From the NCBI GenBank assembly GCA_020184695.1, contig JAANOX010000061.1, forward strand, positions 62,001 through 126,000: a stretch of DNA of 64,000 nucleotides. Reading direction: 5' to 3'. The position numbers and the translations under genes are program-made. The first letter of the stretch is position 1. Each line of letters starts with the position of its first letter. The notes beneath the pieces are model-generated. The model made no database searches, was not told the DNA's origin, and worked only from the letters and a program-made list of their open reading frames with translations. Positions 32,951 to 43,400 of this stretch are shown here, piece by piece. This DNA comes from Histomonas meleagridis 2922-C6/04-290x (lineage: Eukaryota; Protista; Parabasalia).

Positions 32951-32959
32951 AAAAGTGAC
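32951..32959 (+). promoter_or_regulatory. AAAAGTGAC core-promoter-like motif (Trichomonas M2-like)
   Basis: Lies 8 nt before the ATG at 32968. The same motif precedes transketolase (37841-37849) and, on the minus strand, the Vps8-like gene (25160-25168). Confidence 0.55.
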
Positions 32960-32967
32960 AATCAGGG

Positions 32968-33765
32968 ATGGAACTGAACTCACCAATCACTTCAATAGAT
33001 TCGAATGAATATGGTCATAATTTTGCTGTAGCAACAGCTGGTAGATCTGTTTCTATTCATAGTTCGCAAAACCTCCAAAAAATATCCGAAATATTAAATT
33101 TACATTCAACACCATATTCAATTGATTATTCATCTGCTGATTGTGGTAACCTTCTTGCTTGCGGTTTTTCAGACGGAACAGTATGCATATATCAAGGAAA
33201 CAAAGAAATCAAAAGATTTGAATCACAAAAAGGAGCAATATTATCAGTTGCATTCCACCCTTCAAAATGTACTGTAGCAGCAGCTTCACTTGCAGGAACA
33301 TTTGGTGTATATACAAAAAAAGGTTCAGAATGGAATTCTGTGATAATTTCTGCATCTTTACTTGGTTTAAGCGCTATCACTTGGGCCCCTGATTCTGATG
33401 TTGTTCAAACAATCATTGTTGGCGGAATTGATGGCGTGATTCGCGCATTTAAATTAATTTGTGGAAATTGGGAATTATCAGCTGCTGCGCAAGTTCACAA
33501 TGGTTGGATTCGCCAGCTTGCTTCGCCTCTTGTACCTATTGCAGGGTCACAAATGGTTGCTTCTTGTGGTGATGATAATATTGTTGCAATATCGAAATTA
33601 AATGGAAACGGATTTGATGTTTCAAAAATTGTTGTTGACTTCCCAGCTTGTGGTATTTCCTGGGCAATGGTTGACAAAGTTCTTGTTTTGAGCAATATTA
33701 ATGGCGAGGTGACAATGTGGACAGAAGATGAAAACGGTAATTGGAAAATGGAAAAACAACATTAA
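32968..33765 (+). CDS. Sec13-like WD40 protein
   Basis: WD40 repeats with Sec13-like ITWAP and HNGWIRQLA motifs, and C-terminal VTMWTEDENGNWK. Confidence 0.72.
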   Translation: MELNSPITSIDSNEYGHNFAVATAGRSVSIHSSQNLQKISEILNLHSTPYSIDYSSADCGNLLACGFSDGTVCIYQGNKEIKRFESQKGAILSVAFHPSKCTVAAASLAGTFGVYTKKGSEWNSVIISASLLGLSAITWAPDSDVVQTIIVGGIDGVIRAFKLICGNWELSAAAQVHNGWIRQLASPLVPIAGSQMVASCGDDNIVAISKLNGNGFDVSKIVVDFPACGISWAMVDKVLVLSNINGEVTMWTEDENGNWKMEKQH

Positions 33766-33941
33766 TAAAGTCTACTTTTTCAATAATAAAATAAAAATGT
33801 TAAAATGAAAAAGAATATAAATCAATTAAAAATTTACTTTTTAATATTTTATGCTATGTTGTAACCGCATAAATTCAAGAATTATTTGTATGAGAAAATT
33901 ATTTAAAATTGTTCTTTTCTGGAAACAATATTTTGTTTTTG

Positions 33942-36242
33942 ATGAACACCAAAAAATTCTATGATATAAAAGTGACAACTCTTATGGAGATTGGAGAAGA
34001 AAATCAAGATCAAATCCGACGTAAATTTTTTGATGAAGAAATTCCACCAGAATTTAATGTAGCTGCTGGAAGTATAATTGAAATTCATGCAAATGTTTAT
34101 CCAATCACATTCCAAGATAATTTTAATTTATTTGAATATTCAGTAGAAATTGATCCAGAAATGTCAAATCAAAATACAGCTATTAATATCTTATTTTTAA
34201 CATTTTGTCCAGAAGGTGGTAAGAAAAAACAAAATCAAAAGTGGGCAACTATGCTTTATAATGGGAAATCAATACTTTTTTCATCACTCCCTGATCTTGA
34301 GTGTGAAAATTCGATTGAATATCCACAAAATTCGACCAAAATTTATAATGTTAAAATTAAACAGATCAAACAAATCACAAGTAAATGTGGTAAATCACTT
34401 CTCAGTGTTTGTGATAATGCACTTCTCAATGCTTATTATTCCAACAAGTTTTCACACCTTAAAACTAAATGGTTTGATACTTCCATCTCAAAACGAATAT
34501 CGACGTTTATTTTAACGTACGGATTCACTTCACTTTTAGTTTTATTAAAAGGCGGCGTTTCTCTTATCTTTAAACCAACTTATCGAATTGATCGCATTGG
34601 AACTCTTTATGATTTCATTAAATCTGGAATTACTAATCTTGAACAACGACAAGATTTATTAACATCTTTAAAAAATATGAATATATTAACAATTCATTCT
34701 AAATTCCAAAGAGAAATTACTATTTCTAATATTAATTGGGATATTCATCCATCACAAAAATATTTCATAAATAATGAACAGAAGAAAGTATCTGTTGCTG
34801 ATTATTTTTTAGATGTTTATAATTTTAATGTTCGTAAAGATGATATTATTATTGAATCTATATCATTTAATCGAACGGATTATTATCCTGCATCATCTTT
34901 AATGATTTCTGGATTAACAGAAGCTGAAAATAAAGACCAATTAGTTAAGAATAAAATTAATGAGTTTAAAACTTGTGATCCATATTTATTTCTTGATAAA
35001 ATAAATAAATCACTTGAGAAATGGGGAATAATAATCGGGAAAAGTTTTGAAATCAAAGCAAATGTTCTTCCATCACCATTATTAAAATGTAGAACACAAC
35101 AAATTGATCATAAAGAATTTTCTTTAAAATATAATGAAAAGAATAAAATTATGGATCATTGCGCTGTAGCTATTTCACCATACTTAATTACGAAACCACT
35201 TATTTTAATACCTGATTCATTTAAAGATGACAAGAAACAAACTTTTTTAAACAATTTTATTGAAACTTCGAATAAAACAAATGTTAATATGCAATACCCA
35301 GATGTTATTTCTGTGAAATCTATTGATAATAACAATTATTCACAAGAAATAATTAAATATATCGTACACAATGGAACTCCTTCTTTTATTATAATAATTT
35401 TTCATGAATATAATAAAAATTTATATGAGTCACTTAAGCAACTTTTAACTATTCAACTTGGAATTCCATCACAATTTTGTATAAAAGAAAATATTATTGA
35501 TGCAGATTCAAAATTTTTAACTAAATTAATGTTTCAGATTACTGCTAAAACAGGAGGAATTCCATATTATATTTCACCAGAATCACTTCCTCTTAAACAT
35601 ACAATGGTTATTGGAATTTCTTCAACAACAAATGTTTGCGCAATGACCGCTTCATATGATTTTACATTTTCTCGATATTATTCCCAAACATATAAACTTG
35701 ATGAATCAAATATCATATCAAGTAAAGACATAAAAGATTTCTTTAAGAAAGCAATTGATTTTTATGGAAAACATTCGGAATCATCTCTTAATCGTATTGT
35801 TGTATATAGGAAATCAAGTTTAACTATAGATATATTAAAAGAGAATGAAATTAAAGCAATTGCAGAATTTGGAATATCACTTGTTTATTGTTTGGTAGAA
35901 AAAAGAAATAGCGTTCGATTGTTTGGGGATAATATTGAAACAGGAACAATTGTATATGATAAAATAACTGTAAACGATTATGCTCAATTTTATTTGATAT
36001 CAAAAGAAGGAACTATAAATCCGACAAAGTATACAATAATACATCAATTGCCTCATATTTGGAATGATGATCACTTAGTAATGTTAACATATTATTTAAC
36101 TTGTTGTTACTTCGGGAGTGATAAATCATTAAGAGTTCCATTGCCTTTAATTTATGCTGAAAAATTGGCCGACTTTTGTCAAAACACTTTAAATAATGAA
36201 AGCCCAAATCAGGCACTGAGCTCATTCATTCATTATTTGTGA
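33942..36242 (+). CDS. Argonaute/Piwi-family protein with degenerate catalytic residues
   Basis: PAZ-like SVADYFLDVYN, MID LYESLKQ...QLGIPSQFC and QITAKTGGIPY, PIWI TMVIGIS, RIVVYRK, PTKYTII and PLIYAEKLA. First ATG at 33942. Confidence 0.92.
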   Translation: MNTKKFYDIKVTTLMEIGEENQDQIRRKFFDEEIPPEFNVAAGSIIEIHANVYPITFQDNFNLFEYSVEIDPEMSNQNTAINILFLTFCPEGGKKKQNQKWATMLYNGKSILFSSLPDLECENSIEYPQNSTKIYNVKIKQIKQITSKCGKSLLSVCDNALLNAYYSNKFSHLKTKWFDTSISKRISTFILTYGFTSLLVLLKGGVSLIFKPTYRIDRIGTLYDFIKSGITNLEQRQDLLTSLKNMNILTIHSKFQREITISNINWDIHPSQKYFINNEQKKVSVADYFLDVYNFNVRKDDIIIESISFNRTDYYPASSLMISGLTEAENKDQLVKNKINEFKTCDPYLFLDKINKSLEKWGIIIGKSFEIKANVLPSPLLKCRTQQIDHKEFSLKYNEKNKIMDHCAVAISPYLITKPLILIPDSFKDDKKQTFLNNFIETSNKTNVNMQYPDVISVKSIDNNNYSQEIIKYIVHNGTPSFIIIIFHEYNKNLYESLKQLLTIQLGIPSQFCIKENIIDADSKFLTKLMFQITAKTGGIPYYISPESLPLKHTMVIGISSTTNVCAMTASYDFTFSRYYSQTYKLDESNIISSKDIKDFFKKAIDFYGKHSESSLNRIVVYRKSSLTIDILKENEIKAIAEFGISLVYCLVEKRNSVRLFGDNIETGTIVYDKITVNDYAQFYLISKEGTINPTKYTIIHQLPHIWNDDHLVMLTYYLTCCYFGSDKSLRVPLPLIYAEKLADFCQNTLNNESPNQALSSFIHYL

Positions 36243-36668
36243 CTTTTGGTTTCAAATAGATTAAATTTTTTGTTATGGAATTAATTCTTAAAGTTTATTT
36301 AAACTTTTCAAAAGAAAAAACAAATTCACTTTATAAACTTTTTGGGTATAATGCGTGTTTCTAGTTTTAGCACTACAAGGTTTTAACCTTATGAAAGTGT
36401 TCCAATGAATCGATAACAAGCTTGTAATGAAATATTTATTAATAAAACTATTTAGTGATTAAAATGTTCAAGAATATATATATATATATATTGAGTTTAA
36501 TAAATGTTATAAATATTATAATATTTTTTTATAAAATGCAGTGAGATCTCACAAGAAAATTTTTGGGCTTAAGGAAAAGTGACATTTGGGGGTCCCCCTC
36601 ATTGATTGCAATAGAAGCCGTTTATTTTTGTGGCAAAGAATTGTTGAGAAAGAAATTTTTATTTTGTT

Positions 36669-37277
36669 TTAACATGGCATCCATGTTTGCGTATTCTCAT
36701 TATCTATATGTTCTATAGGAACGGATGCATCAGGTTCTGGTTCTGTTCTTTCCAAAATTAATTTGACTAAATCATAAAACGCTTTATCTAAGTTTTCTCC
36801 TGTCTTTGCTGAAACATCATAGTAAAGATTAATATTATTCGAATCTTTGTAGTTATCAATCGTATATTGTGAAACCGTTTTTTTGTTAAGATCTGTTTTG
36901 TTTCCAACAATTAAAAATGGATATGGATTATTGAATTTAAAACTACATCCATTGGTAACCTTGTTATATATATAATTAAGAGATGTAAATGATGAAGGTT
37001 GAGTAAGATCAAAAACAAAAATTACTCCATCTGCATGACGAGCATACGACCAACATATATTTTTATAAGCCTCTCCTCCAGATGTATCCCAAATCGATAT
37101 TTTTACTTCTATGTCATTTACTGTGATTGTACGGGAACCAAAATCATTCCCAATTGTTATTAATGGATTTTCATCAAAAGTACCATTACAATACTGTCTC
37201 ATAATTGAAGTCTTTCCTGAACCACTTTCCCCGAGGAGTATAAGTTTTAATTTTACATTTTTCTCCATTTTTTTCAA
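36669..37277 (-). CDS. Divergent Rab-like small GTPase
   Basis: GESGSGKT, WDTSGGE, NKTD and SAK motifs; ends in a single Cys. Confidence 0.9.
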   Translation of the reverse strand: MKKMEKNVKLKLILLGESGSGKTSIMRQYCNGTFDENPLITIGNDFGSRTITVNDIEVKISIWDTSGGEAYKNICWSYARHADGVIFVFDLTQPSSFTSLNYIYNKVTNGCSFKFNNPYPFLIVGNKTDLNKKTVSQYTIDNYKDSNNINLYYDVSAKTGENLDKAFYDLVKLILERTEPEPDASVPIEHIDNENTQTWMPC

Positions 37278-37859
37278 AATGTATTTCGGAAGGATAACGG
37301 TCGCTTAATTTTTCCAGGTGTTAACATGCACGAACCATACAATATCCTTGTTTTAAAATGGAAATCCGAATTATGACAAATTAATTAACAGCAACATTCT
37401 TTTGGCAATATATGTAACCTTTAAAAATCCCATAAATTCCGTCTATCAATTGTTGCAGCTTTAAATAGATTCGAGTTGAACGTCGTTCAAAAACTTTATT
37501 AGTAAAAAACTATGCGATAATATATTTAGTATCATGTTTAACTGCTATATATTAATATGAATAGATTTTTAATCAAAGATATGTTAACATTTTTAAGTTC
37601 TTTTGAAGTTGTTTTAGTGTTAATTCTGTTAAGTCTTTTGTTAAATTTAAATTGCCATGATTTATTCTAAAATAAGAAGTGTTTTATGTAACAAGTTTAA
37701 AATTTCAACGTTGAAGATCGCACGTTAAGGCGCTTGGTTTTTTGAGTTTACGGAGATGTGAACTGTTACAACCGCAAAAACGATGAATTATCAAAATTGA
37801 GTTTAATAAACCGAAAACTGAAATAAGTTCATCGTTTTCTAAAAGTGACATTTATCCCA

Positions 37860-39857
37860 ATGGAAATTGAGAATCGTTGCGTCAACGCTCTCCGCGTTCT
37901 TGCTATGGACACAGTCCATAAAGCCAACTCTGGTCACTCAGGTGCTCCACTTGGTCTTGCTCCAGTTGCTCATACAATATGGTCCAAGTATCTTAAATTT
38001 GAACCAAACTGGATTAACCGCGACCGTTTCGTTCTTAGCCCTGGTCATGCATCATCTCTCATTTATTCTCTTCTTCACATTCACAGCCGTATACTCTCTA
38101 TTGATGATTTAAAGCAATTCCGTCAATATCAAAGCAAAACAGCTGGTCACCCAGAACATCATCTTGTTCCTGAAATCGAAGTTACTACAGGTCCACTTGG
38201 TCAAGGTATCTCAAATGCAGTTGGTCTTGCAGTAGCCTCACTTCATGTTGCCAACAGGTACAACAAGCCAGATTGCACTATCTTTGATAACAGAGTCTTC
38301 TGCATTGCCTCTGATGGTGATCTTATGGAAGGCGTTCAGTATGAAGCAGTTTCATATGCTGGTCATAACCATCTTAACAACCTCATCGTCTTCTGGGATG
38401 ATAATAAAATCACAATCAGTGGTAGCACAGACATTGCCTTCAAGGAAGATGTTCAAATGAGATTCCGTGCATGTGGCTGGCATACAATCACAGTTGAGGA
38501 CGCAAATACTGATCTCAAGGCCATTGAAGCCGCCATTGACGAAGCCCTCAAAGTTACAGATAAGCCAGTTCTTATTGATCTTCATACCACAATTGGTTAT
38601 GGCTCTGAACTTGCCAACTCGCCAAAGGTTCATGGCACACCACTCAACAAAGACCAACTTGCACATCTCAAAGAACACTTTGGCTTCAAGCCTGATGAGT
38701 TCTTTGTTGTTCCACAAGAAGTTTATGAGTACTATGACAAAGTTCGTGAAAATACCCATTCACTTGTTGAGAAATGGAACGCCACATATGCCGAATATGC
38801 CAAGAAGTATCCAGCTGAGTATGCCGAATTACAACAATTAATCAATGGCGACTTTAAACTCGAAGATTTCAAGAAATTCATGCCAATGAATGATGATAAG
38901 AACATTGCGACACGCGTTTCATCAGGACAAGTCTTAAATGTCCTTGCCCAAAATGTTCCAGGACTTGTTGGAGGATCAGCAGACTTAACGCCATCCAACA
39001 ACACTGCATTAAATGGCCAAACCACTTTCAAGCCAGGAAACTACCAAGGGCGCTACTTAGAGTTTGGTATTCGTGAGCATGCAATGCAAGCAATTGCAAA
39101 TGGTATTGCGTATTATGGCTTCAAAGGACTTGTACCATTTACTGCCACTTTCTTTGTCTTCGTCCAATACTTATTACCATCATTACGTGTTGCATCATTA
39201 GATCACTTACGTGAATTACTTGTCCTAACACATGATTCAATTGGCGTTGGAGAAGATGGTGCCACACATCAAAACGTAGAAAGCTTCGCTGCTGTTAGAG
39301 CACTTCCAGGCGCACTTTTAATGAGGCCAGCAGACATGCTCGAAGTCTCAGCTTGTTACACAGCTGCAATGACCGGACCAAGTCGACCCGCAGTAATGGC
39401 ATTATCACGTCAAAACGCTCCTCCTATCGAAGGCGCTTCATTCGACGGCGCCTTAAGAGGTGGTTACGTTTGCAAGAAAGTCGACAGCCCTAAGCTCGTA
39501 ATGGTTGCAACTGGTACCGAAGTAGACTTAGCTTTGAAGGCTGCAAAGTTACTCGACTTCCCAGTTCAAGTCGTGTCTATGCCTTGCATGGATATATTCA
39601 ATGAACAGCCATTGGATTACATTAGAGAATGTTTCCCAAAGGACGTGCCTGTGGTCTCCGTTGAAGCTGGCGTTTCATTCGGTTGGAGCAAATATTCACA
39701 TAAGCATTTGGGAGTCGAAACATTCGGATTGTCTGCACCTGCTGCTCATGTGTACAAACACTTCGGTCTTGTGCCGGAGGTTGTGGCTGAAAAGGCAAAG
39801 GAAGTCGTCGAGTTCTACAAGACACACCCAGTCCCAGAGCTTATTGAACGTCCATAA
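37860..39857 (+). CDS. TKT: Transketolase
   Basis: SGHSGAPLG, RDRFVLSPGH, TTGPLGQG, SDGDLMEG, GIREHAM and THDSIGVGEDGATHQ motifs. ATG at 37860. Confidence 0.98.
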   Translation: MEIENRCVNALRVLAMDTVHKANSGHSGAPLGLAPVAHTIWSKYLKFEPNWINRDRFVLSPGHASSLIYSLLHIHSRILSIDDLKQFRQYQSKTAGHPEHHLVPEIEVTTGPLGQGISNAVGLAVASLHVANRYNKPDCTIFDNRVFCIASDGDLMEGVQYEAVSYAGHNHLNNLIVFWDDNKITISGSTDIAFKEDVQMRFRACGWHTITVEDANTDLKAIEAAIDEALKVTDKPVLIDLHTTIGYGSELANSPKVHGTPLNKDQLAHLKEHFGFKPDEFFVVPQEVYEYYDKVRENTHSLVEKWNATYAEYAKKYPAEYAELQQLINGDFKLEDFKKFMPMNDDKNIATRVSSGQVLNVLAQNVPGLVGGSADLTPSNNTALNGQTTFKPGNYQGRYLEFGIREHAMQAIANGIAYYGFKGLVPFTATFFVFVQYLLPSLRVASLDHLRELLVLTHDSIGVGEDGATHQNVESFAAVRALPGALLMRPADMLEVSACYTAAMTGPSRPAVMALSRQNAPPIEGASFDGALRGGYVCKKVDSPKLVMVATGTEVDLALKAAKLLDFPVQVVSMPCMDIFNEQPLDYIRECFPKDVPVVSVEAGVSFGWSKYSHKHLGVETFGLSAPAAHVYKHFGLVPEVVAEKAKEVVEFYKTHPVPELIERP

Positions 39858-40484
39858 AAATGATGTCTAATCAAATCTTTTGTTTTTTGGAGTTTTGATG
39901 AAGTTATTATTTGACGACTTTTCGTGCGTTTATCAGTTTCGTTTTGTTTTTTCCGTACAACGATTCTCGTGGAAGTAAAAATGGATTATCACAGTTAAAA
40001 GTTGTGTACGAACTTTGAGCAAACGCTTTCTCAGGATCAGATAATAAAGTTCGTACGTTCCCAAATTGTAAGATGATGCACAAAGAAAACAAATTAGTTA
40101 TGGGTTGGTATCAACAAATGTCTCAAACAATCAGTCAACACAGGTGGTTTTTACTCATTTTATTTTGGTGATCCATTTCATTTTGCCCCCATCTCATCTG
40201 TACAGATGAATTTGAAAACCGTAAAAACCGATATCCTGGGTGAAAAAGAAGTTTAAATAAATGTTTTTTTAATTCGAATTAAAAAATGCCAAAATATTCG
40301 AGGCCAAATGGAAAAAAAGTTGGAACCGAATTTCACATATATAGGGATAAGCTTGGTCGAATGCAAAGATAAGGATCCTTTCAAGTTCATCAAAGAAAAA
40401 GGAAAAAAGTATTTCGGAACAGTATTTTCGTTCTGTTAGACGATTTTTATATGTTTTCAAAATTTCAATATAAAATTTGACTTT

Positions 40485-43400
40485 GCGTCACTTATTGAAT
40501 CGACCTGTAACGGCAATATTCGTGTTCTTAATAAACTTCTTGCAAAAAAGATTAACGTTAATGAAAAAGATGATATTTTTGATATCTTGGTGTCTATTTT
40601 ACTTATTATATATTTAAAATTATTATTTTTTGGAATTTTTATTAGATGTTTTGTACAGCTATTATGTTTGCAGCTTGGTGTGGTAATATTAACATTGTTA
40701 AATTACTTCTTAAGCAAGAAAACATAGAAATTAATTCTCAAAATTTTTATTTATATTTTAAAAAATATGTTTGAATGTTTTTTTGTTTCGATATATTATT
40801 TGGAAATCAATTATAATATTTGAGACAGCACTTATGATTGCTTCTTATGTTGGTAAAGCTGATATTGTTCAATTATTTCTAAAAAAAAATATCAATATCA
40901 ATGAAGTGAGTGTTTGTTATATTCATATAATATTATTTATAATAATTTTATGTTTCAAAGTAATAATCGGAATTTATTATAATAATTACAAACAGCTCTT
41001 ATGTATGCAATGGGAAAAGGTAATCATGATATTGTCAAATCACTTCTTCAGAATAGAAGCATTGATGTTAATATACAAAATTTTCCTTTGATTTTATTGA
41101 AATTAATTCAAATGGTATCAAGCTTCAATACAATATTTGGTATTTATCATATTTGTTTCTTACAGCACTTATGATCGGATCAAATTTCCCTTCGAGAAAG
41201 GATATTGATCTCTACGTCAAACAAAAATATAAAAATTCAAGGAAAAAGGAAAAAGTTTTATAATTTTATTATATATTAACTTTTATTATTTGAAAAACAA
41301 TTTATGTTGGCATCGTATTATATACCTTCAGCAATATGTAAGTTAATACAAGATTATAAAAAATATAAAGTCCATTTTTCAAAATTATTTTTTTATTTGT
41401 ATAGGATGTTTAATTTCAAATTCATGCTTTGTTTTAATATTTAAGGATTATTATGGAATTTTAAAGCATCAATTCTTTCCTCATATGAAAAGGATCACAA
41501 TGAATGTATAAAATTGCTTCTTAGACAAATAAATATACAAATCGATACAATAAATTTTTCATCATTTGATTTGAAGTTTTACAAATATAATTTATGTACT
41601 AAATTAATTTCTGGATTTTATCTGACTAATTTGATACAGCACTTATATTGGCATCTAAAAATGGTCACAGTGAAATTGTGAAATTAATTCTTGATCAAAA
41701 GAATATAAATATTAATACAAAAAATATTCATTTATTATGATTAATATTAAACATAATAATTTAATGTTTTAAACTTATGATTGGAATTCATTTTGATTAT
41801 TCGATTTTGCCCTTAAACTTGCAATTGAAAACGGTTATATAGATGTTGTAAAAATATTTATTGAACATAAAAGATTTGATTCATATGATAAGTATGTTTT
41901 TTTGTTTTGTATTATATTTGAATATATTTCTTAATATATCAAAATATTATTGAATATTAATTAATATTTTTTCATATAGTTGCTTTTTATGCATCAGAAA
42001 TAGGGAATAAAAATATGATTAAATTTCTTCTTAAGCAAAATAATTTAACCGAAAGTATTAGAAATGTTTTTCTAATTTATAAGAAATTTTATTCTTTCAT
42101 TTATTATATGATATTTATATTCGTTGCTTATTCGTGTCTTTTAAAATAGCATTTATTTTAGCTTCGGAGAAAGGATATAAAAAAATCATAGAATTGCTTC
42201 TTCAACAAAAAACTATTGAGCCATTTATCATTAATATCTTATTGCATTATTAGAAGTTAATTTAATATGCTTTATATTCTAAATCAATATTTATTATTTA
42301 ATCCTGTTATATAAAATGGCAATTATTATGGCATCTGAAAATAATCATTCTGATATCATAAAATTACTCTTTGAACAAAATACAATCAAACTTAATGATA
42401 AAGGTATTTACTTTTTTAATTCGAAATAGATTTAATATATTTCACGTATAAATTAATTTTTTACTGTTTATTTTTAAAATTTTCTTTATCTTTTCTTTTG
42501 TCATCAATAAATAATAACATGGATATTATCCAATTTCTTCTCAAACAAAAAGATTTAGATATAAATACTCAAAATATATATTTATTTAAATCGAAATTTA
42601 TATTATTTTTTTATTATTTCGAATTAATATTTGGAATTATTAGAATTAATTTGAAACAGCACTTATGATAGCATCAGATCATGGTTATAGAAACTTAGTG
42701 AAATTACTTGTGAGACAAAAAAAAATTGATCTTAATTTGAAAAATATTTATTTGATTTATCTAAAATTTCATTCATTTATTTCATATAACATCCTATTAC
42801 TCGGAGTTTGAAGAATGAATTTAATACAGCACTTATTATCGCAACTATACAACATCAAACAGAAATTGTAATTTTACTTCTTAACAGAAATAACATCAAG
42901 ATTAATGAACAAAATATATTTATATTTTATTTGAAGTCTTATTCGATTTTGTAATGTTTTAAATAAGTATTTAATTTTTTTTCGAAAAATTTGAAACTGC
43001 TTTAATGATTGCATCTGAAAATGGTCATAGCGATATTGTTAATGTACTTCTTGAAAAAAAAGATCTCGATTTCAAGGTTAATAATATTAATTAATTATGA
43101 TTAAAATTTATACATAAAATTTAATATTTCAAATTCGTATTCAATATTTATTAAATTATTTTGAAAATGCATTACTTTTAGCAATTAAAAATGATCATGC
43201 TGATATTACTAAAGTCCTTCTTCAACAAAAAGGATATGATATAAATCAAAAAAATATAAAATTATTTTGTTTAGTATTTATTACATAAAGAAGATGTTAC
43301 AAAATAATATTTAATATTTATTAAATTGATTTGAAACTGCATTAATATTGGCATCTAAAAATCATAATAGTGAAATTGTTAAATTACTTCTTGAGCAAAA

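Noticed and set aside
40286-40484. A defined start exon for array C
   Set aside because: The ATG at 40308 is in frame with the first unit but blocked by TAG at 40437, and the ATG at 40286 closes after 28 codons. No DUF3447 head is present, so the 5' end could not be assigned.
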